A DNA stretch of 58,311 nt from a virus (lineage: Duplodnaviria; Caudoviricetes): the IMG/VR virus record IMGVR_UViG_3300009788_000113, positions 1 through 58,311 of that record; one strand, written 5' to 3'. Shown here piece after piece: positions 28,528 through 36,832 of the stretch. Position 1 is the first letter of the stretch. Every line of letters starts with the position of its first letter. The notes under the pieces were generated by a model. It was not told where the DNA came from. It saw only the letters and a list, made by a program, of their open reading frames with translations, and ran no database searches. A program made the translations under genes and the position numbers.

Positions 28528-28712
28528 AAGGGAGGAGGTTTGGCCCCTTCTACTCGCAGCGTGAAGTAGTAGGTGATTCCGGCGATGACTAATGGGTCAT
28601 CAATGCGAACAGGCACTTCGGCTGACGTTAGTTCTTCTCTAGCTGCTTTCATAACAACTTCAGCAAATGCTTCGTCGAGCGCAATTAGGATGGCATGTTT
28701 CCATTCGTGCAT
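28524..28712 (-). CDS. Hypothetical protein
   Basis: MHEWKH start right after the UDG stop. Confidence 0.45.
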   Translation of the reverse strand: MHEWKHAILIALDEAFAEVVMKAAREELTSAEVPVRIDDPLVIAGITYYFTLRVEGAKPPPL

Positions 28713-28722
28713 GGTTGCAGCC

Positions 28723-29553
28723 TTATTTATCGGATGGGACACGAGGGGTGATGAGGGTGGGGGTGGATTCGGTGACGGTGATGTTGTCGAGCCAGTCGGA
28801 GACGAGTTGGAGGTGGTCCTGGACGGAGGCGGCGACGTTGGGGTTTCGCAACAAGTAGGCGGGGTGGTAGGTGGAGAAGATGGTGCAGGGGCCGCAGGGG
28901 AGGTGGAGGGTTTCGCCGTTGCGCGAGAAGGCGGTGAGTTGGCGTATGCCCTTGATGTGTGCGATGTAGTCGTAGATGGCGCGGACGGCGGTGTAGCCCA
29001 GGAGGATGAGGGCGGTGCGCGGGTGGGAGGCGATGATGGATGTGAGGTCGGTGAGGAGGTAGGAGGAGCAGGGGCGGATGTGGCGGGTGAGCGGGGTGGA
29101 GTTGTCGAGCGTCCAGCAGCGGATGGCGTTGGTGAGGAAGATGGAGGAGCGCGTGCGGAAGGAGAGTTCGTCGATGTAGGAGCCTTCCTGCCACTCGACT
29201 TCGGAAGAGAAGCGGGAGGGGAGGGCGTCGCGCGGGAGGCCGAGGAGGTTGTTGCGGTGGAGGTATTCGGGGGAGACGTTGGGCGCGAAGGTGGAGGCGG
29301 CGAGCATGAGGGATTGCTCTTTGGCGCGCGTGGGCCACCAGCCGCCACGGACCATGACGCCGGACTTGGAGACGAAGGGCTGGGCGCACTGGGATTCGTA
29401 CCAGCCGGGGTTCTGACCGATGAAGACGAGGGCGGGGAGGGAAGGGTCGGGGGTGAGGGAGATGGTGCCGATGCCTACGGAGGTGGGCGCGACGTGCTCA
29501 TGGAGTTCGCAACCAGCGCAGTTCGTCTGTTGTGGGAGAAGGCTAAGTTTCAT
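28723..29553 (-). CDS. udg: Family-4-like uracil-DNA glycosylase (Fe-S cluster type)
   Basis: CxxCxLH, VFIGQNPG, PFV, LTNAIRC, PC, TYHPAYLLR. Confidence 0.85.
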   Translation of the reverse strand: MKLSLLPQQTNCAGCELHEHVAPTSVGIGTISLTPDPSLPALVFIGQNPGWYESQCAQPFVSKSGVMVRGGWWPTRAKEQSLMLAASTFAPNVSPEYLHRNNLLGLPRDALPSRFSSEVEWQEGSYIDELSFRTRSSIFLTNAIRCWTLDNSTPLTRHIRPCSSYLLTDLTSIIASHPRTALILLGYTAVRAIYDYIAHIKGIRQLTAFSRNGETLHLPCGPCTIFSTYHPAYLLRNPNVAASVQDHLQLVSDWLDNITVTESTPTLITPRVPSDK

Positions 29554-29947
29554 TCACAGCAACCTTGTTCACCGCTTCGAACGCGAGGACGAGCGCTTCG
29601 AGGAGTGTGGGGGCTGTAGTGTCGAAATCCTTGTCTTCGTCATCTTTGCACGGTGTAACCACGATGACCTTTTCATTCTGCATGCCTGATCCGTGAATCA
29701 TTCCCCCGTTGCGAATGCACTTCTCCACCATCGCGGCGGTGAGAATGAACGAAGCAATATCATCATTGACCGGAATGGGCGCTGCTCTAAGAGTATCCCA
29801 ATACTGAAACATCGGTTCTGTGCTACAGCCCTTCCGCTCAGCATCAACAACAGTGGCGAAAAAACCACCTTTCGCGCCCCAGCCCAGCAGCTTGATGGCC
29901 CTGCGGATCACGTCGTGCGATGGTTGGGGTGGGTCAGGCATTGCCAA
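29543..29947 (-). CDS. Hypothetical protein
   Basis: Overlaps both neighbours. Confidence 0.55.
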   Translation of the reverse strand: MAMPDPPQPSHDVIRRAIKLLGWGAKGGFFATVVDAERKGCSTEPMFQYWDTLRAAPIPVNDDIASFILTAAMVEKCIRNGGMIHGSGMQNEKVIVVTPCKDDEDKDFDTTAPTLLEALVLAFEAVNKVAVNET

Positions 29948-30344
29948 GCTCCTTAATCATCTCAAGTGTGATTCCTAGTCGGGGCATCACGATTGGCATC
30001 ACCAAGTCCCAATCGACCATTGGGCGGTTGCCCGCCTTGCGCGACGGGCGCATTGGGCAGCCAGCCGCAGCGTCATCGACGTAGCAAATCGCATACGCCT
30101 TCGGCGAGTTCGTCCACGACTCTTGCTCTGGGTTGCTGTTGACCGCCCAGATTGGGATTCTGTTGTGGGCGCAATAGTCAGTCGCCTTGTCTAACCCGTC
30201 GCCATGCCGCATCGTCCACAGGATGATTTTTACGCCCAGCTTCGAGAGCATCCTGAGCGATTCGGCTGCTCCAGGAACTGCTTTACCTATCTCGGGGTAC
30301 TCGTGTTCGACGATGGTGCCATCGAAGTCAACTGCCAGAATCAT
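29934..30344 (-). CDS. HAD-superfamily hydrolase (BT0820-like)
   Basis: ILAVDFDGTIVEH, IILWTMR, KAYA..YVDD. Confidence 0.85.
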   Translation of the reverse strand: MILAVDFDGTIVEHEYPEIGKAVPGAAESLRMLSKLGVKIILWTMRHGDGLDKATDYCAHNRIPIWAVNSNPEQESWTNSPKAYAICYVDDAAAGCPMRPSRKAGNRPMVDWDLVMPIVMPRLGITLEMIKELGNA

Positions 30345-30837
30345 CGCCCGCTCCTTTCTGTTCGACGTACAGCTTTGTGTGCATGTCCGGGTCGTGTTGC
30401 TCTAAGCTCTCCCGAAGAATCCTCAACTCGTCACAGTTGTCGCACTGATGCTTTCCGGGGCGCACCGCTGTCATAAGGCAACCACACTGTCCACAGACAC
30501 ACACAGTGGACGCCTCGGCTTTTGTACGGCTCATCCCCCTCGCCTCTCGCTCCTCGGCGTTGATCCAATCAATGGAGTGCCTGAACTGGTCTAGCTCCTC
30601 CTCGCACGCCTTGAGCTTGGCTTCGAGGGCGGCGATGCGGGTGTGAAGTTCAGCGTCATCACCTTGACCCCGCATCTGCGCAACCCAATCAGCGGCATCC
30701 ATGCCACCGGGCACACGTAGTTTTCTACGATGGACTTCTTCGATGCTGATTGGCTCGATTGGTGGTTCGTAAAGACCGCCACCGCCACCACAAGTGGGGC
30801 ACTTGCGCCATTCTCTTTTTATTGGGTCACTCGCCAT
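30328..30837 (-). CDS. Hypothetical protein with Zn-ribbon motifs
   Basis: CPTCGGGG; CGQCG...CDNC; GAGGAGG SD. Confidence 0.55.
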   Translation of the reverse strand: MASDPIKREWRKCPTCGGGGGLYEPPIEPISIEEVHRRKLRVPGGMDAADWVAQMRGQGDDAELHTRIAALEAKLKACEEELDQFRHSIDWINAEEREARGMSRTKAEASTVCVCGQCGCLMTAVRPGKHQCDNCDELRILRESLEQHDPDMHTKLYVEQKGAGDDSGS

Positions 30838-30881
30838 CGTCGGCCTCCTCTACCTGCGCGGGGGTGTGTCGCGTATGCATG

Positions 30882-31013
30882 TCAGTTTCCTTTAGCCGTA
30901 TAGATAAGGCATGACAGACCGAGGATGAAAACAACAAAAAATCCACCGAACACAAGTGATACAGCCCAAATTAGCCAATACGAAGGAGCCCTACTTTCCA
31001 TTTCTTCGTCCAT
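30882..31013 (-). CDS. Small single-TM protein
   Basis: AAGGAG SD before MDEEMES; hydrophobic C-terminus. Confidence 0.45.
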   Translation of the reverse strand: MDEEMESRAPSYWLIWAVSLVFGGFFVVFILGLSCLIYTAKGN

Positions 31014-31123
31014 CCCGTTCTCCTTTCTAAAAGTGCGGCGCTTCACCCACGCCGCGCGAGGGGCCGCGAATTCGTTCCCGCTGGTTAGGCGCACGGCCCC
31101 AGGTTCCGCCCATGCCATGACGG

Positions 31124-31315
31124 TTAGAATCTGTTTCTCCAAGGCGGGGGGAAGTCCGGGTATTGTTGCTGTTGGTCCAACTTCTCAGCCTCGCGCATAG
31201 TCTGTTCTGCTTTGCGGACACACATCGGACAGGCATACTGTTCAAGGTCTGTGCCCGGGTAGGACATAAACATTCGTCCACAGTGTGTGCATTTTTCGGT
31301 TATGCCTTTGTTCAT
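31124..31315 (-). CDS. Zn-ribbon mini-protein
   Basis: KCTHCG...ACPMC. Confidence 0.55.
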   Translation of the reverse strand: MNKGITEKCTHCGRMFMSYPGTDLEQYACPMCVRKAEQTMREAEKLDQQQQYPDFPPPWRNRF

Positions 31316-31407
31316 GTCGTCTTCCTTTCCGGCGCAATCGCCGCGAGCAGCCCAATGCCCGCGAAGCGCAGCCATCTCCGTCGTGTGTGCATGTCAGGAG
31401 TCCTTGT

Positions 31408-31746
31408 CTACTTTACGTTAGGGAAGATGCCCATAAACCGTTCAACTTCACAGCACACCGCCTGAATGAGAGCCAGCGGGTCCATGTCGTCAAACTCCAT
31501 CCCGTACAAGTCGTTGTAGTTCAGTGTGTGGTCATCCGCTCTCAACTTAAGAACCTCCGATTTCGAGAAGTCCCTCACCATCGCGCGGCACACACAGTCA
31601 GAAAGGTCGCGGAATCGCACGCCCTTGATTTCTGTCTTGCCTCGCTTGCCAAAGCAAGTCCAAGGCTGGCCAGAGAATGGTCTGTCCGGATGCGTGAGTT
31701 GGTCAGACAGCCCCGCGATGATGTCGCCCAATTCTTCGCTATCCAT
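31408..31746 (-). CDS. Hypothetical protein
   Basis: AAAGGAG SD before MDSEEL. Confidence 0.6.
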   Translation of the reverse strand: MDSEELGDIIAGLSDQLTHPDRPFSGQPWTCFGKRGKTEIKGVRFRDLSDCVCRAMVRDFSKSEVLKLRADDHTLNYNDLYGMEFDDMDPLALIQAVCCEVERFMGIFPNVK

Positions 31747-31784
31747 CCCATCTCCTTTCGTTGTTCGTTCGTCGTTCGAGTCAA

Positions 31785-31860
31785 GGCGGCGGGCAGGAGT
31801 CGAACCTGCGTTTTCCATAGCATCTGCTGATCGAGGCAGAAGCTCTATGGCTGCGCCGCC
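31785..31860 (-). ncRNA. tRNA-like element (acceptor stem and T-arm, no D-arm)
   Basis: GGCGGCG...CGCCGCC closing stem; GCAGG-TTCGACT-CCTGC T-arm; one long internal hairpin. Confidence 0.5.
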
Positions 31861-31921
31861 GGGCCGAAGCCGCGCGCATGCACACGACACCAACCACTCC
31901 ACGCCGCCGCCGCTGTTTCGT

Positions 31922-32281
31922 TCAATCAACCGAGTAATTGCAGAAGTGCTTTGCAATATGCTCTAGTTCTAAGACGTTTTTGCGGAACATCTCTGCTTGA
32001 AATTGCACCATCTTCAAGTGGCCGGGGTCTCCCGGCTGTTTGGCGTCGCCCGGCGCGGAATTCGCTGGTTCTGGCAGTGGCGGGAGCGATTGGTCGAGAG
32101 AGAGCATCCCGTCTCGCACCGCCCCAATTACTGCACAGAACCGTTGATTCGAGTCCAGTAATCTTGCTTGGAGTTCACTCACCTCGCCAATCATGCTTAT
32201 GCTCACAGGCGACGGCGCAGTGCCAGCAGTTGACGAGTAGGGAGTTGCTTCAGATGTTGTGTTCATGTCGATTCCTTTCAA
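31922..32281 (-). CDS. Hypothetical protein
   Basis: AAAGGA SD before MNTTSE. Confidence 0.5.
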   Translation of the reverse strand: MKGIDMNTTSEATPYSSTAGTAPSPVSISMIGEVSELQARLLDSNQRFCAVIGAVRDGMLSLDQSLPPLPEPANSAPGDAKQPGDPGHLKMVQFQAEMFRKNVLELEHIAKHFCNYSVD

Positions 32282-32409
32282 TTTGACCTGTGAAATCTTC
32301 CAGTCATTCGTTCATACCCCGCTCACTCTTCCACGCCCGGCGCGGGGCGGACCGGGCTGGGGGGCATGTTGTCGGGGTGGGTTATGCACTTGTCATGCGT
32401 TCCCATGTG

Positions 32410-32574
32410 TCACGCTCCTTTCTTTTTCTTGTCTCCGTATGTGTTGCGCTCAGCTTCAGAGTGCATCTCGTTGCTGCATTTGGGACAGTGAGACTGATCC
32501 AGAACCGTCATGTTGGCCCTGTAGTAGTACGACCCGCATTTTGGGCACGTTGAAACAGGCTGTGTCCTGCTCAT
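32410..32574 (-). CDS. Zn-ribbon mini-protein (54 aa, not in the ORF track)
   Basis: MSRTQPVSTCPKCGSYYY...DQSHCPKC...KKKGA*; AAAGGAG SD. Confidence 0.6.
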   Translation of the reverse strand: MSRTQPVSTCPKCGSYYYRANMTVLDQSHCPKCSNEMHSEAERNTYGDKKKKGA

Positions 32575-32577
32575 GTG

Positions 32578-32799
32578 TTACGCTCCTTTCGGTTGCTGCT
32601 CAATCACTCCGCTTCTTATGCGCTCAACCGACCTCACCTTTATTCGATAATCCTTCTTTGCCTTCTGCGAAATAACGTGTTCTTGCAATATGGCGATCGC
32701 CTGTTCAGCTTCTGCCGCAATTACGGTTTCTTTGCGGCTCAAAATTGCTACAAAATCAGGCGGCAATTCCTCGTACTCAATGTCATAAACGCTGTTCAT
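32578..32799 (-). CDS. Hypothetical protein
   Basis: AAAGGAG SD; ends QPKGA. Confidence 0.55.
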   Translation of the reverse strand: MNSVYDIEYEELPPDFVAILSRKETVIAAEAEQAIAILQEHVISQKAKKDYRIKVRSVERIRSGVIEQQPKGA

Positions 32800-32802
32800 C
32801 CT

Positions 32803-32985
32803 TCACGCTCCTTTCGGGATGTTTGAGAGGGTGGCTGGACGAGGGTCGCCTTGTTGCCATTGGTGGCTTTGTTCCGCTTCTTGGACGCATGAGCGACACG
32901 CGGATTGATCCCCGGCGTAGAAAGCCATGACCTTGTACGGTTTTCCGCAGATAGGACATTTCACTGTCTGTTCCATTAGCGACAT
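32803..32985 (-). CDS. Zn-ribbon mini-protein
   Basis: KCPICG...DQSACRSC. Confidence 0.6.
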   Translation of the reverse strand: MSLMEQTVKCPICGKPYKVMAFYAGDQSACRSCVQEAEQSHQWQQGDPRPATLSNIPKGA

Positions 32986-32988
32986 TCG

Positions 32989-33318
32989 TTATGTTCCTTT
33001 CGGTTGTTCGAGGTGGTGGGTGGTGGTGTGGAGGAGGGTGGTGAGGAGGCGGAGGCTGGAGGTGTGGGAGTGGATGTCGTCGGAGGGGTCAAGGTGTTCG
33101 GCGAGGAGACCGACGTGGTTCTCGGTGGCTTCGTCGGCGAGGTCGGAGGCGAGGGCGAGGATTTCGGGGGGAGTGAGCGAGGGGTTGTGGAAGCGGATGG
33201 CGAGGGGGAGGAGTATAGCGGAGATGATGGGGAGCGTGTAGGGAATGGAGAGAGGATCCTTTAGGAGGGTGTGGGTGAGTTCGTTAACGGAGGTAGTGTA
33301 TATGTCCATCAGTCGCAC
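32989..33318 (-). CDS. Hypothetical protein
   Basis: Backbone codon bias; packing. Confidence 0.5.
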   Translation of the reverse strand: MRLMDIYTTSVNELTHTLLKDPLSIPYTLPIISAILLPLAIRFHNPSLTPPEILALASDLADEATENHVGLLAEHLDPSDDIHSHTSSLRLLTTLLHTTTHHLEQPKGT

Positions 33319-33671
33319 CAGGAGCGGTTGCAGAGAGGACAGGAGGTGATGTGGGTGTGTCCCATCCGATTGGTTAGATGAGGGATCACGTCCTGTGAGC
33401 AGGAGAAGCAGAAGCCGTCATTAGGGAGAAACATAGGCACTTTGGCGTTCTTGCAATATGTAAGTTGGGCTTCGATGAAGAGGGGGCGTAGGCCACGGAT
33501 GGAACCGCACATCTTCTTCATGGCGTCGAGGTGGTGCGAAATGGCGTAGTCATTGAGCGAGCGCGAAAGCTGAAGTCGAAAGTCCATGGAATTAGCGTGT
33601 GCCTTGATTCGTGGCTCGAACTTGGCGGCGGCGATCATGGCAGGGTGTAGTTCGGTGGTTTCAGGGGGCAT
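33309..33671 (-). CDS. Hypothetical protein with C-terminal Zn finger
   Basis: PNDGFCFSC...HITSCPLCNRSWCD. Confidence 0.6.
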   Translation of the reverse strand: MPPETTELHPAMIAAAKFEPRIKAHANSMDFRLQLSRSLNDYAISHHLDAMKKMCGSIRGLRPLFIEAQLTYCKNAKVPMFLPNDGFCFSCSQDVIPHLTNRMGHTHITSCPLCNRSWCD

Positions 33672-33990
33672 GGGGATTCTCCGCTTCTTTGAGGAGGACT
33701 TGTTTCCAGAGGGTGTAGAGTTGCAGGTCTTCTTCGCAGGTGCATGATTCCTTGGTATGAAGGTTGTACCACAGGACGGATGAGCCAAAGTAGGTGGCTT
33801 GGGTGTTGTCTTGGTCGATGACGTGGAGGATGAGAGTGTCGGGGCCGATGTGCTTAGAAGCGAGCAGTGTGAGAGTAAGGGGGGTAGAGCGGGATGCCTC
33901 GATTTTGCGGATGGATCGGGCCATGAAGATGATAAAGCACACCACTGCGATCGTTAGGATTGTCATTGATATGTCGATAAGTACAGGCAT
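33661..33990 (-). CDS. Membrane-anchored hypothetical protein
   Basis: N-terminal TM segment. Confidence 0.55.
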   Translation of the reverse strand: MPVLIDISMTILTIAVVCFIIFMARSIRKIEASRSTPLTLTLLASKHIGPDTLILHVIDQDNTQATYFGSSVLWYNLHTKESCTCEEDLQLYTLWKQVLLKEAENPHAP

Positions 33991-34001
33991 GGGGGGGATC
34001 C

Positions 34002-34223
34002 TTAGAGGTGGGCGAGGATGTAGCCGAGGGTGATGGCGATGGCGAGGAGGAGGACGGAGAAGATGATGAGGAGGGCGGTGTTGTGGCGGAGCCTAGAGTT
34101 GGTGCGGGAGAGGTGGATGGCGATGTAGGATTCGACGTAGTTCTCGTAGCGGAGGAATGAGGAGATGGAGGGGGAGAGGGAGTGGCGCTCGAAGTATTCG
34201 GATGAGGTGAGGGGAGGCTTCAT
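34002..34223 (-). CDS. Small protein with C-terminal TM segment
   Basis: ALLIIFSVLLLAIAITLGYIL. Confidence 0.55.
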   Translation of the reverse strand: MKPPLTSSEYFERHSLSPSISSFLRYENYVESYIAIHLSRTNSRLRHNTALLIIFSVLLLAIAITLGYILAHL

Positions 34224-34576
34224 GGAGTCCCATCCGATTGCGTGAGTAGTTCGGGGTGCGTTTCTTCTATCTCGGCAATAATGTCAGAGCGGGCGGATTG
34301 AAACAGTTTGATGGCGGCTTCTACTCTGTTCGGGTCTGTGTATCGGATTTCGGTTGGTCCGTTTCCACCGCCGCCAGGAACTTGAAGGTAACATTGCGTA
34401 GGACTAGTGGGATTTGTCGGCGGCATGAGCAGGCCATGTTCTGTGGAAGGTATCCTTGCTAGCCAGTCAATCTGTCTGCCGATTGCGTCAAGTTCGCTTA
34501 GTTTATGGATAAGGGCTTTGTCCTTGCCTGATCTATCATAAAACTCGCCAAGTGCTTCTTTGTTTAGTGATAACAC
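34220..34576 (-). CDS. AT-rich hypothetical protein flanked by inverted motif copies
   Basis: GTG start preceded by AGGAGTCCCATCCG; 3' end encodes QSDGTP from the other motif copy. Confidence 0.6.
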   Translation of the reverse strand: MLSLNKEALGEFYDRSGKDKALIHKLSELDAIGRQIDWLARIPSTEHGLLMPPTNPTSPTQCYLQVPGGGGNGPTEIRYTDPNRVEAAIKLFQSARSDIIAEIEETHPELLTQSDGTP

Positions 34577-34588
34577 CGGATGGGACTC

Positions 34589-35953
34589 CTACGTTGTGGG
34601 GGTTTCGGCGGGCATGGTGCGTTCGAGGCATTCTACGAGGAAGGTCTGGAATTCGCGGGTTTCGTCGGATGCGCCGGTGATGTGGTGGGCGATCTCTTCG
34701 ATGCAGGCGGAGCGTTCGTGGACGGTTCCGGCGGTTTCTTTGTTGAGGTAGCAGGTGCCATCGGAGTAGGAGCCGGACGTGATGGTGGAGAGGCCGGGGC
34801 GAGGGAGGAATTGCATGAGTGAGGGTTTGGGGCGATCTCGGGTGAGTGAGTGGTGGAGGAAGGCGTCCCAGGTGGAGTCAAAGACGGCTTGGGCTTCGGG
34901 GGTTGGGTCTTGGACCTTCTCGTATTCTTTTTGTTGTGAGGAGAGGAATTCGGAGGCGGTTGGGATGCCGATGTTTTTGAGTGCTACGCGCAGGCCGGAG
35001 TCGAGGATGATTACAGGGCGGCGTCCGCGCTGGGAGATGCGGTCGTAATAGAACTTGTCGTTGTCGGTGATTACGGCGTTTTCGCCGAAGAGGGAGTAGA
35101 AGGCGTTGCGCCAGTTAGCGCCGTTGGAGACGTTCAACCAAATGTGTAAGAGATGGGCTGTTTCGAGTTCAAAGAATTCTTCCTTGTGGCGAATGGCGCG
35201 GTCGAGGAGGTTGGCGGCCATCTCTTGCGTGTATGCGCAAAGGATTTTAGCGACGTTGGTATGAATGTCGTGCCAGTCGCAGGAGCGAGACTCGTTGAGG
35301 CGTAGTTTGGAGATGTTGTAGTCGTAAAGGGAGGTTTCTTTTTGTGATTCTTGGACCCATACGCCGCGATGGAAAATCTGGAGAGTGGGTTGTGCCCTCT
35401 TCTTGAGAACGGTGTCTTCTGGGAAACCGGAGATGGGGAGGTAGTCGGGTTCGGAGAGGGGGAGGAGCTTTTCGTGGACGGTGCCGTAGGCGGCGAGGAG
35501 AGGGGGCGTCATGGGGATGTAGAAGCGGGTGGAGCCCGCGACGCCGGAGGGGGCGGAGGAGGTTACGTCGTGGACGAGGTTGGATACGGGGCCTTCGTCG
35601 AGGGCGTTGCAGATGACTTCGCGGAAGACCATCCAGGGGTCGTCCCAGTCGGCTTTGCCGAAGTCGGGGTGCATCCCTAGGCCGTACCAAGTGTTGGCGA
35701 GGAAGGTGTCTTGGGGGGAGGAGAGGCGGAAGTGGATCTCGTCTTGAGAGCAGGAGGTGCGGATGGCGAAGTCCATGCGACAGGTGCCGGAGTAGATGAC
35801 GGGGAGCGCGTCGAGGCGCGCCAATAGGGCGATGGATTCCTTGAGGCCGGTGCCGAATTGGCCGATCTGGGATTCGTCCTTGTTGGAGAGGCCCAATAAG
35901 CGGAGGCCCCAGATGGGTAGCTCGCCTTGATTCTGGATCAGGATGTGGCTCAC
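34589..35953 (-). CDS. GHKL/Hsp90-like ATPase (circularly permuted) with C-terminal zincin-like motif
   Basis: IQNQG and SNK...IGQFGTGLK precede FREVICNALDE; C-terminal IEEIAHH. Confidence 0.7.
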   Translation of the reverse strand: MSHILIQNQGELPIWGLRLLGLSNKDESQIGQFGTGLKESIALLARLDALPVIYSGTCRMDFAIRTSCSQDEIHFRLSSPQDTFLANTWYGLGMHPDFGKADWDDPWMVFREVICNALDEGPVSNLVHDVTSSAPSGVAGSTRFYIPMTPPLLAAYGTVHEKLLPLSEPDYLPISGFPEDTVLKKRAQPTLQIFHRGVWVQESQKETSLYDYNISKLRLNESRSCDWHDIHTNVAKILCAYTQEMAANLLDRAIRHKEEFFELETAHLLHIWLNVSNGANWRNAFYSLFGENAVITDNDKFYYDRISQRGRRPVIILDSGLRVALKNIGIPTASEFLSSQQKEYEKVQDPTPEAQAVFDSTWDAFLHHSLTRDRPKPSLMQFLPRPGLSTITSGSYSDGTCYLNKETAGTVHERSACIEEIAHHITGASDETREFQTFLVECLERTMPAETPTT

Positions 35954-36207
35954 TTCGATCCTCCCTTTTCTGTTTCGCGTAGTTCGTAAATTAGAATTTC
36001 AGCGATGCCGATGAAATATTGAGCGGCGTTATGGTCTATGGATTCGTAATCAAGACCGCCCGCTATTGCTCCTTTCATGGCTTGCCCTGTGTAATATGCG
36101 AGGAGTGTCATACCGGGGTGGATCACTGTGCGATCTATTCGGTCTTTGTCAATAAACTCTTCACGATAAGGGAAGGCGGGTCCGCCGTCGTCGATCTTCG
36201 TGGGCAT
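35950..36207 (-). CDS. Phage hypothetical protein (DGGPAFP...GMTL type)
   Basis: DDGGPAFP...GMTLLAYYTGQAM; AGGAG SD. Confidence 0.65.
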   Translation of the reverse strand: MPTKIDDGGPAFPYREEFIDKDRIDRTVIHPGMTLLAYYTGQAMKGAIAGGLDYESIDHNAAQYFIGIAEILIYELRETEKGGSK

Positions 36208-36251
36208 TGTGGGCTCCTGGGGGTTGGAGGGGGGATTATCGGATGGGACTT

Positions 36252-36515
36252 TCATGGGGTGTCTCGGAGGGTGGCGTAGAGGAGGGGGTCGCGGAGGAAG
36301 CGCGTGATATCGGCGCGGATTAGGGAGGTGAGGTGGGAGCGAGTGGCGCGAGGGGCGAAGAGTTGCGAGCGGAGGTAGGCGGTGGAGGTGGTGGAGAGCG
36401 AGAAGGACCAGGCGGGGTTGCGCCCGTTTATGGCATCTTGCCAGAAGCGCACCTCGGCGTCAAGGTCCAAAGTGAGGCCGGAGCGCAGCAACAAGGTGGG
36501 CGGGTGGGGTTTCAT
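36252..36515 (-). CDS. Hypothetical protein
   Basis: Coupled start/stop. Confidence 0.5.
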   Translation of the reverse strand: MKPHPPTLLLRSGLTLDLDAEVRFWQDAINGRNPAWSFSLSTTSTAYLRSQLFAPRATRSHLTSLIRADITRFLRDPLLYATLRDTP

Positions 36516-36832
36516 TCGGTTTGTGTAGCTTTGGCGATGGCGGCGCGCGCCTCGCGCAAACTGCCAACGGTTACAGTTAGCGTAATTTCGTCGCTGTCAT
36601 GCGCGCCTTCGGGTATGGATTCCGTATACCCAGCAAAGTAGCCAAGAGAATCATTCAACTCCGGTGCGGCTGCGATCAGGCGAGCGCACTTTGGCGAGCA
36701 AGTTGCAACAGCATATCCGTAGGCCGGGCCGATGCTTCGCCAGCGGTGAGGCACATATCTCAGTTCACACGAATTCCAAGCGGCAACATTCCACGGACCC
36801 GGCGTGTGCGTTTGTGTTTGTGTGGTGGTCAT
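36512..36832 (-). CDS. Phage hypothetical protein (HTPGPW...ARLIAAAPEL type)
   Basis: HTPGPW, ARLIAAAPEL, ARAAIAKA. Confidence 0.7.
   Translation of the reverse strand: MTTTQTQTHTPGPWNVAAWNSCELRYVPHRWRSIGPAYGYAVATCSPKCARLIAAAPELNDSLGYFAGYTESIPEGAHDSDEITLTVTVGSLREARAAIAKATQTE

Noticed and set aside
31030-31120. GC-rich hairpins upstream of the small TM gene
   Set aside because: Stems are short and I could not distinguish them from chance in GC-rich DNA without computation.
31785-31860. Canonical tRNA gene
   Set aside because: No D-arm, no 7-nt anticodon loop on a 5-bp stem and no CCA; kept only as tRNA-like.
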